Shown here: positions 54,638-64,000 of the stretch, in pieces
Layout of the letters: every line of letters starts with the position of its first letter
How positions within the stretch are numbered: position 1 is the first letter of the stretch
The notes under the pieces: model-generated
The model's input: the letters and a program-made list of their open reading frames with translations, nothing else
The model's database searches: none
What the model was told of the DNA's origin: nothing
NCBI RefSeq assembly: GCF_006345805.1
Contig: NC_043003.1
Location: 47,058,001-47,122,000 of the forward strand
Reading direction: 5' to 3'
DNA length: 64,000 nucleotides
Source: Octopus sinensis
Taxonomy: Eukaryota
Made by a program: the position numbers and the translations under genes

Positions 54638-55360
54638 AGGCAAATGTCTTCTACTATAGACTCGGGCCGGCCAATGCGTTATGAGTGGATTTGGTAGATG
54701 GAAACTGAAAGAAGCCTGTGGTGTATATATATGTGTAAGTATGTATGCATGTATGTATGTATCTATGTATGTATGTATGTGTATGTATATAGATATATAT
54801 ATATGTGTGTGTGTGTGTGTATGTGTATGTATATATGTATGTATGTATGTATGTGTGTGTGTATGTATGTATGTGTGTGTGTGTGTGTGTGTGTGCATCT
54901 TTGTGCCTGTGTTTTCGCCCCACCATAGTTTGCCAACCGATGCTGGTGTGTTTAAGTCCCCGAAACTTAGCGGTTCGGCAAAAGAATAAGTCCTGGAGTC
55001 GATTTGGTCAACTAAAGGCGGTGCTCCAGCATAGACGCTGTCAAATGACTGAAACGTGTAAACGAGTAAATGAGTAAAGGGTATATACTACGATCTATTC
55101 ATTCGACTAAAAGTTCTTAAAAGCGGTCCTCTAGCATGGCTACAGTCTCAAAAATACACACACACACACACACACACATACACACACACACACACATATA
55201 TATACATACATAAATACATACATACATACATACATACATACATACATACATACACATACATACATACATACCACACCAATACCTATACATACATCATACA
55301 TACATACATACATACATACATACATACATACATACATACATACATACATACATACATACA

Positions 55361-55391
<31 letters not shown>

Positions 55392-55805
55392 GCAGACATG
55401 GCTGTGTGGTAAGAAGCTGGCTTCCTAACCACATGGTTCCGGGTTCAGTTCCACTGCGTGGCACCTTGAAGCAGTGTTCCCCACTATACTTTCGGGTCGA
55501 CTAAAGCCTTGTGAACGGAGTTGTTAGACGGAAACTGAAAAATGCCCATCGTATGTGTGTGTGTGTGTGTGTGTGTCTGTGTGTCTGTGTGTGTGTCTGT
55601 GTGTGTGTCTGTGTGTGTGTGTCTGTGTGTCTGTGTGTGTGTCTGTGTGTCTGTGTGTCTGTGTGTGTTACTAGAGTTTGGGCAAAAGATATCGATAGAA
55701 TAGGTAGGAGTCTTTAATAAAAAGGGTACTGGGGCGATTCACTTGACAAAAACTTCTTCAAAGCGGTGCCCCAGCATGGCCACAGTCATATGACTGAAAC
55801 ACGTA
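53923..55805. mobile_element. Cluster of SINE family B copies (53923-54490 minus; 54638-55060 plus; 55395-55805 plus)
   Basis: Family B head and tail motifs around microsatellites. Confidence 0.85.
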
Positions 55806-55822
55806 ATAAAGACAAAAGATGA

Positions 55823-55898
<76 letters not shown>

Positions 55899-55902
<4 letters not shown>

Positions 55903-56040
55903 TACGGGTGTCTGTGTGTGTGTGTGTGTGTGTACGTACGGGTGTCTGTGTTTGTGTGTGTGTGTGTGTGTGTGTACGTACGGGTGTCTGTGTGTGTGTG
56001 TACGTACGGGTGTCTGTGTGTGTGTACGTACGGGTGTGTA
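55899..56040. repeat. Minisatellite, unit TACGTACGGGTGT plus variable (TG)n, 5 copies
   Basis: Seen directly. Confidence 0.9.
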
Positions 56041-56098
56041 TGGTTACTTCGCTTCAACTGAATCATACATGCACACGCATATATACATACACTTTTAC

Positions 56099-56138
<40 letters not shown>

Positions 56139-56280
56139 ACACGCACACACACACACACACGCAGACACACAGGCACACGCAGACGCTCGCGCGCGCGTGC
56201 ACACACACGCACACACACATAAACCACCGAAAACGCGTTTCTACATGAGAGTGTCACTTGTAGTTCAGAGATGGACAAAC

Positions 56281-56406
56281 TAACGTCATCAGACTTTCAT
56301 GATATGTAGTCACCATGGTAACATAATAATCTCTGTACCCACGATTTTCTTTTAACATCTCTGTCGTCATCAATACCTTAGTTACCCATGGCAACAAATG
56401 ACGTCA
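56281..56406. promoter_or_regulatory. Candidate promoter: two RFX X-boxes and a CRE
   Basis: GTCACCATGGTAAC at 56309-56322, GTTACCCATGGCAAC at 56381-56395, TGACGTCA at 56399-56406, in non-repetitive sequence. Confidence 0.6.
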
Positions 56407-56943
56407 CAAAAGCTCGCGTAGAATGTTCAGGTTCGTAAAGAATGTGAGAGAGACTCTGACAGAGCGAAGGAGATAAACTGGTGTGGGAATGGGAGAAAAA
56501 GGCAGAAGAAGAGTGATAGGGACAGGAGAGTGAGAGTGAGAGTACAGTAAAAAAAAAAAAGGTAACAGGTGTGTGTATAATGTGTATATATGTATACAAT
56601 GTATATGTGTATATATGTATGCGTATGTTTAAGAAACAAGTTAATATAGATTGTAAAATAGATTTGAATATAGATTTAAACTATAGAATTGTGATGAACT
56701 TGAGACCCTAAGAAAAAGATTACTCGGAGTCCTTCCCTAATATGAGTAATATTGTTAGCCTGGTATGATTACAGAGAGATTAAGAAGTATTTTACTTAGA
56801 TTGATAATCCCACACTATTTGTGTGTGCGTATATATTATTTACGTATGCGTATATATAAATACGGGTGTAACTCAACGTGCGCTGTTTTGCGGTGTCTTT
56901 TCGACTTTACCTTGTTCTTTGTTGCGTTTTGCGAAATTAAAGG

Positions 56944-57020
<77 letters not shown>

Positions 57021-57194
57021 TATATCCAACTTGGGTCGATTTATCCGACTTTACGCTCGTCTAAGCAAACATATTTGAAAGCATAATTTCTTTAAATATC
57101 CTAAAAATTAAAGTGAAGCGGTAAGTCAAATAAAATAAATGTGAATATACTATCTATCTACCTAATAATATATTATATATATATATATATATAT

Positions 57195-57422
57195 TTTACT
57201 TGTTTCAGTCATTTGACTGCGGCAATGCTGGAGCACCGCCTTTAGTCGCAGCAAATCGACCCCGAGACTATTCTTTGTAAGCCGTACTTATTCTATCGGG
57301 TTCTTTTTCCGAACCGCTAAGTTACGGGGACGTAAACACACCAGCATCGGTTGTCAAGCAATGCTAGGGGGACAAACACAGACACCCAACCATTACACAC
57401 ACCCTTATATATATATATAATC

Positions 57423-57453
<31 letters not shown>

Positions 57454-57632
57454 ATATATATATATTACATATATAACGACGGGCTTCTTTCAGTTTCCGT
57501 CTACCAAATTCACTCACAAGGCATTGGTAGCCCGAGGCTATAGTAGAAAACACTTGCCCAAGATGCCACGCAGTGGGACTGAACCCGACCAGGTAGCTGG
57601 TTAGCAAGCTACTTACCACACACTCCTGCGCC
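57195..57632 (-). mobile_element. SINE family B, full length
   Basis: Aligns with 36373-36900. Confidence 0.9.
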
Positions 57633-57692
57633 TATATATATATAAATATAATGTATATCTATACTATATATATATATATATATATCCACATA

Positions 57693-57724
<32 letters not shown>

Positions 57725-58177
57725 CATATATACACACCAGCTGACCCTGTGCCGTCAAAAATGACGGCTAATTGTAGCATTTTAAATATAAATAAGGTAC
57801 AAAATAAGCTGCAGATACAAACATTCACATACTTCCCTCGTACAGGCACACACATACACACATATACTCACATACAGTTGAAACGCTGTTTGATTTCTTT
57901 TTCACCATAGAACTTCCGTCATCCCGCCACGAAGTTTCCCATCACCCTTTCCTTTCTCATTCATATGTTGTGACAGAGAATAACAGAAGATACACGATGC
58001 GCTCTTTGCCACTTCCTTGCTCACATTGCTATTATTTTCTCTGACTCCCGGCTATTACTCTCACTACTTCTCCTTCACTGAATTACTATTCCTCTCCTCT
58101 CTCACTTCACTGATACTAATATTTTCTTCTACTCCGTTCTGCGTGATTTTGGACAAATATATATATATATATCTATA

Positions 58178-58224
<47 letters not shown>

Positions 58225-58666
58225 TATATATATATAACATTACGCTCAACATATTGAACGTATGTATAATTATAACAGGGCAAATTTTAGCCATTTCTCC
58301 GCAGACTGAAAAAAACAACCTTAATCGATTTTCGAACCTTATTCTGTTCTCATCTGAGGCGTCCACATTCTCCAGGGAAATGAGCAGCCAAACTGTTTAC
58401 ATACTCAACAAATGCAAAAGTTACTCTATGAAGGAGTCCCTAATTTGCATACTGAAAATGTTTAACACTATAAATACCAGCGGTCTAGAGAGAGATACAT
58501 ATGGGTATGTGCATGTGTGTGCGTGTGTGTGAGTGTGTGTGTACATACATATATACATGTGTATACATATATATGTCTGTGCGGATGTGTGTGTATGTAT
58601 GTATATATATGAATATATATGTATACATACATATATAAAAGTACATATATATAATAATATAAATAA

Positions 58667-58837
58667 TGCACAGGAGTGTCTACGTGGTAAGTAGCTTGCT
58701 TACCAACCACATGGTTCCGGGTTCAGTTCCACTGCGTGGCACCTTGGGCAAGTATCTTTTACTTTAGCCTCAGGCCGATCAAAGCCTTGTGAGTGGATTT
58801 GGTAGACGGAAACTGAAAGAGGCCCGTCGTATATATG

Positions 58838-58899
<62 letters not shown>

Positions 58900-59118
58900 T
58901 GTGTGTCTGTGTGTCTGTGTGTGTGTGTGTCTGTGTGTGTGTATGTGCGTCTACATTTGTCCCCCATCAACATCGCCTGACAACCGATGGTAGTGTGTTT
59001 ATATCCCCGTAACTTAGCGGTTCGGCAAAAGAGACCGATAGAATAAGAGACCGATACAAAGCACAAGTGGGGTCGATTTGCTAGACTGCATGGCCGCAGT
59101 CAAATGATTGAAACAAGT
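58667..59118 (+). mobile_element. SINE family B
   Basis: Head, internal (TG)n and tail; further partial copies at 59661-59942 and 60344-60450 (minus). Confidence 0.88.
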
Positions 59119-60469
59119 ACAACTTTATGCTTATACGTTACTAACTGTATAATGAAGTACGAAAATAAAGTACGAAAATCTACTAGCACAAATCAGCCGA
59201 CGTTTTGACTGAATTATACGTAACGCTACAAGTTTTATTTAGTTCGTTCAGAGTTGCCTCTCTTAGGTATATCTCATCGGCAAGGGCCAATAAACTCAAA
59301 ATATCTATGTCTGAGGTTCCTGAGAGGTGGGGACACTGAACGAACTGGGTGTTTTCACACTTTTTTACCATAAGAGAAATTTTTCTCCGGGATAACTGCA
59401 GTGTATTTGCGTTTAGCAGTTGAAATATGTGACAGACATATTTCAACTAAGCTAAAATGTGATTATATATATATATGTGTGTATGTGTGTGTGTATGTGC
59501 GTGTGTGTGTGCGTGTGTGTGTGTGTGCGTGCGTGTGTGTATAAATGTATATATTTCTATACGTATATATGTATGCATACATACACACATACTCACACAC
59601 ACATACACACATACACACACATACGTATGTATAATATATATATATATATATATATTATATTCTTTTACTTGTTTCAGTCGTTTTGACTGTGGCCATGCTG
59701 GAGCACCGCCTTTTAGTCGAAGAAATCGACCCCTTGGACTTATTCCTTGTAAGCCTGGTACTTATTCTATCGGTCCCTTATGCCGAACCGCTAGTTTACG
59801 GGGACGTAAACACACCAACATCGGTGAAAGACAAATACAGACCTAAACACACAAATGTGGTGTGTTGTGCGTGTGTGTGTGCGCGTGTGTGTGTGTGTGT
59901 GACAGTCTTAGCAAGCTTCTTACCATACAGCCACGCCTGTGCCTATATACTTTTAATATTGATGTTGATGTTGATGATGCTTTAGTTCAATAATATATCT
60001 TTCTAGAATTCCCTTAAGGATTTTATAACCAACTTCATCAGTTAACATTTTAGGTCCTTTTTTATATTTTTTTTTACGTTTTCCTTTGGTCTTGTTTTGA
60101 GAAGAAACCTAACTTCAAGTAACTTTTCAGATATCAATTTTTAAACGCTATCTTTTAAACCCGACAAAGTATGTAAGGGGCGCAAATTCTGATTTTGCAC
60201 ACCCCAAACATTTTAGGGGATGCAAGTGCACCATCAGCACCCCCAGTTACCGGGCCCTTGTATATACACACACACACACACACTATGTATTATGTATGTA
60301 TGTATGTATGTATGTATGTATGTGTGTGCATGTGTATATATATACTAGTACTTATTCTATCGGTCTCTTTTGGCGAACTGCAAGGTCATGGAGACGTAAC
60401 CACACCAACAACGGTTGTCAAGCGGTGATGGCTGGAAACACAGACACAAAAAACACACAGAGAATTATG

Positions 60470-60512
<43 letters not shown>

Positions 60513-60587
60513 GGGGGGGGAGGGAGGATAGATAGATAGATAAATAGATAGATAGATAGTAGATATTAGTAATTATACATATACAAA

Positions 60588-60800
60588 AAGGTAGTGAGAT
60601 GGCAGAATCGTTAGCACCCTGGGGAAAATGCTTAGCAGCGTTTCGTCCGTCTTTAACGTGCTGAGTTGAAATTCCTCCGAGGCTGACTTTGCATGTCTTC
60701 CTTTGGGAGTCGACACAATAAGTACCATTTGACCACTGGAGCCGATGCAATCGACTCACAGACTCCCCCGAACTTGCTGGCCTTGTGCCAAAATTTGAAA
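60588..60800 (+). mobile_element. SINE family C, diverged, short tail
   Basis: GGCAGAATCGTTAGC head, Meta-like core, GGCCTTGTGCCAAAATTTGAAA end. Confidence 0.75.
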
Positions 60801-60826
60801 CTAATAATTATATACATATATATATA

Positions 60827-63505
60827 TGTAGTGACCCTATAACGGCGCGCGCTCGCGCACCGTCCATTTGTATTTCGCGCGTGTTGGTGCCTTTACCAAG
60901 GCAGAGAAAGGAAGGGCCCTCTCGCGCATGCGCGAACCACCGGAAGCACGACCCTAGCGAGGCAAGGGGCCGTAGAACGTTTGACCGCTGGCAGCAGCAG
61001 CGGGGACTTGGGACGGCAGCGATTGAACGCGACGGTCACGCATATTTTTCTCTCCGTTCGAACTTGCTTCTAGCAGTCCTTACCAAAAGGCCTTTAACCA
61101 AATTGTTGCAGACCAACATTGTCTCCATTGTTCGACGCCATCTTGAACCAGTTCTGGTTTTAGCGCTGATATTGTAAATATTACAATCGATTAACTTTCA
61201 GCCTTGCACGCCCAGAACCAAGGACATCAGATAACACACTTATTGTTATTGTACCAAGAAAGAGAATAAAGTAGTATATATATATTTTACGTTCTGCGTC
61301 TTGTTGTTTCTGGACTGGTAATTCTGGCATTATTAAAAGCAACAGTGAGTGATTGCTTTCTTGTACCCCGAAAGTACAAGAGTAGATATTCACACTCACA
61401 CGAAGTCTGTTACACTGGTGACCCCCCGACGTGATTCTGGTCTAAAACCAGAGATCACTTAACAACAAAAAAAATCCAGTTTTTCTGCGAAGTCGGAACA
61501 CGATTAACTCTACGCATTAATCTTTCGACGATTTGTTTCCGTCCTCTCGGACCGTTATAGAAGGAGCCCTTTTCTCATTCTTCAACATAATGACGGACGC
61601 CATCATATCAACGATGCTATTTCTCTGCCTTCGTCATCATCATCGCCGTCTTACTACTTCACGTCGTCGTTATCTTCGTCGCCATCATCACTAAGAACGA
61701 TGTTGTCTCAAGTCCACTACAGTCGCCACCACCACCGTCGCCTTTCAACACCGTCGACCTCCACAAGATGTACATAGCAACTCGCGGAACTTTAGAGTGC
61801 ACGCTGTATTGTGCATATGCACACCAAGGATTTACAGCACCGTCTATCTACGAGATTCTTCTGTTCCAGTTAACCTGTCACAGCATTGAAGCCACAACCG
61901 CTACACGATATGTGTTCAATCGGCATCTGCATTTGTGATCTCAACATTCTGTTACAGAACGAACTGCTATTGGGCATCAGGCTATTATAGACTGGTAAAA
62001 TAACTCTTGTCTGGAATAGCCTTGAGAGACATTTTTTCTATGCGCTGTTTTTATATTTTGCTCGCATTCACCTTGTATGTATTTCTGTCGCACACACGTA
62101 CACACACATAAATGCTCTCTCTCACATACATACGTCACACATGCTTTTCTCGCTTGTTTTTTTTCCATGCTGAATTTGCCTTTTGTGGACACCCCTCATT
62201 TCTATAGATCCTAAGGGGTCACGTATACATAGAGAGGGTTGTTTGTCCATTATAACGCGCCGGCATGCCATACTTTTGTTCCTGTGCGAACGAGGCATAT
62301 AATCGCTTAACCACTGGCATATTCATTGCTGTTTTTCGGTCTGGCAAGCACTATTGCATTTCATGCGCCTTTTGCTCCGCACGTGTACTTGCCTTGTTTT
62401 TTGCAACACGTTTGCAGTAGCTTAGTTTTTCCCGACTCATAGGACGTCGGATGTTCACATGCGCTGCGCCATGTTTAGGCGTAATTATTTTTCCCTGTTA
62501 GACCACTGTTGGTCACGTAATTAACAGAAAATTATCTGTGTCGCGCATCACACCAGCATGTTTGCACCTTTGCCTTTTGTGTTGCTAGCGAGCTTCTGCC
62601 AATTCCATTTCCTCTCCGGCAGCAATTGATTTAACTGCTATTTCGCAGGATCAACTACCTTTAGAGAAGTTGGATTTTAATTTCGCCTAGGTTCAATAAC
62701 TGTGAGTTCTGCCTTTTCTTCCGCTCCCTTCAGCGGAAGGTTCTATACTTTGTGACGTATACACTTTCATGCATGCACTCTTGATTTTTGCTCATTAAGT
62801 ATTTTTTCTCTTTTTCCTTTAGTAAATTTCTTGTGTATGTTATAAATTTTGCCATTATATTATTGTGTGCTATTTGGTTATCTGGTGTCCACCTTGAGTT
62901 TTGCAGTCACTACAATAAGTTTCCTTTCGTGCGTACGCACTGGAGGGGAGCCTTGTAGTGACCCTATAACGGCGCGCGCTCGCGCACCGTCCATTTGTAT
63001 TTCGCGCGTGTTGGTGCCTTTACCAAGGCAGAGAAAGGAAGGGCCCTCTCGCGCATGCGCGAACCACCGGAAACACGACCCTGGCAGCAGCAGCGGGGAC
63101 TTGGGACGGCAGCGATTGAACGCGACGGTCACGCATATTTTTCTCTCCGTTCGAACTTGCTTCTAGCAGTCCTTACCAAAAGGCCCTTTAACAAAATTTT
63201 TGCAGACAAACATCGTCTCCATTGTTCGACGCCATCTTGAACCAGTTCTGGTTTTAGCGGGGAATATTGTAAATATTACAATCGATTAACTTTCAGCCTT
63301 GCGCGCCCAGAACCAAGGACATCAGATAACACACTTATTGTTATTGTTACCAAGAAAGAGAATAAAGTAGTATATATATTTTTTACGTCTGCGTCTTGTT
63401 GTTTCTGACTGGTAGAATTCTGTATTATTAAAGCAACGGCTAGTGATTGCTTTCTTGTACCCCGAAAGTACAAGGGAAGATATTCACTCACACATTCAAG
63501 TTCGT

Positions 63506-63509
<4 letters not shown>
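60827..63509 (+). mobile_element. Non-autonomous LTR retrotransposon (Gypsy-like): LTRs 60827-61414 and 62954-63509, ~1.5-kb internal region without recognisable ORFs
   Basis: Direct repeats TGTAGT...GTTACA; PBS TGGTGACCCC(CC)GACGTGAT at 61416-61435 complementary to the tRNA-Trp 3' end; PPT GGAGGGGAG at 62942-62950; TATATA on both flanks. Confidence 0.93.
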
Positions 63510-63539
<30 letters not shown>

Positions 63540-63542
<3 letters not shown>

Positions 63543-64000
63543 CGGTTGTTGTTTATCGGTTGTAACAGGAGATATTTGATTTGGTTCACAATATTATGAT
63601 ATGTTGTGGTCAACAGTTGTGACGATAAGAGTTTGTTGTTATAATGCCTTGTTGTTAATGCATACTGTAAGATGGGAGAGTTGGACAAAGTGCATTAAGT
63701 TTTGAGGAAATATTTATTTACCGTTACGTTACCATACCTTACCTCGACGGGCAGGTTGATAAATCCAAAAGAATGCGAAAGTCAAGTTTGCAGCGGTAGA
63801 ATGTTTCTTTACATAGTAATTCACAGATAGCGATAGAATGATGTTGTAAGAGAATAGAATTAGAGCTAGAGAGAAGTTTTGGGTGTTGTCTGACAGTAAA
63901 CTTCATTTCTCCCTCTGACCAAGGTTGGTCAGCCAGACCTCGTTGAGTCGTCACGATGTGACTGACTCTAGTCGAGTCGTCGCCCGGCTGGTGACTAACT
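63540..64000 (-). mobile_element. Probable LTR end, related to 48529-48630, running off the window
   Basis: Shared AACGGTTGTT...TGTAAGATG...GAAATATTTATTTACCGTTAC. Confidence 0.5.

Noticed and set aside
55899-56040. CRISPR-like repeat-spacer pattern
   Set aside because: Spacers are (TG)n; this is a eukaryotic minisatellite with no cas genes
60785-61399. ORFs duplicated at 62.8-63.5 kb as a gene duplication
   Set aside because: They lie inside the two LTRs and frames are not preserved between copies

Overview
Eukaryotic, AT-rich, repeat-saturated DNA with one 100-N scaffold gap at 2466-2565. It is most likely an octopus genome, inferred from the tRNA-derived SINE families and the very high (TA)n/(CA)n/(TACA)n/(GATA)n load. 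Most ORFs in the supplied track are microsatellite artefacts. Supported content: (i) probable + strand coding exons of the 3' part of an unidentified host gene at ~0.75-16 kb; (ii) dozens of SINEs from at least four families; (iii) decayed LINE fragments (CR1-group, RTE, two CRE-clade, one APE remnant); (iv) DNA transposons (a full-length frameshifted mariner with perfect TIRs, a Tc1 remnant, an internally deleted DD41D-type element, hAT/mariner/pogo MITEs, Helitron-like pieces); (v) a non-autonomous LTR element with a tRNA-Trp PBS, plus solo LTRs; (vi) a candidate promoter with two RFX X-boxes and a CRE at ~56.3 kb. The least explained pattern is a recurrent set of long foldback elements in TA microsatellites, several carrying degenerate Penelope-type hammerhead motifs. 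SINE tail swapping and SINE/LINE 3'-end sharing are also visible. All identifications come from reading the sequence by eye; no database search was run, and coordinates of decayed elements are approximate.
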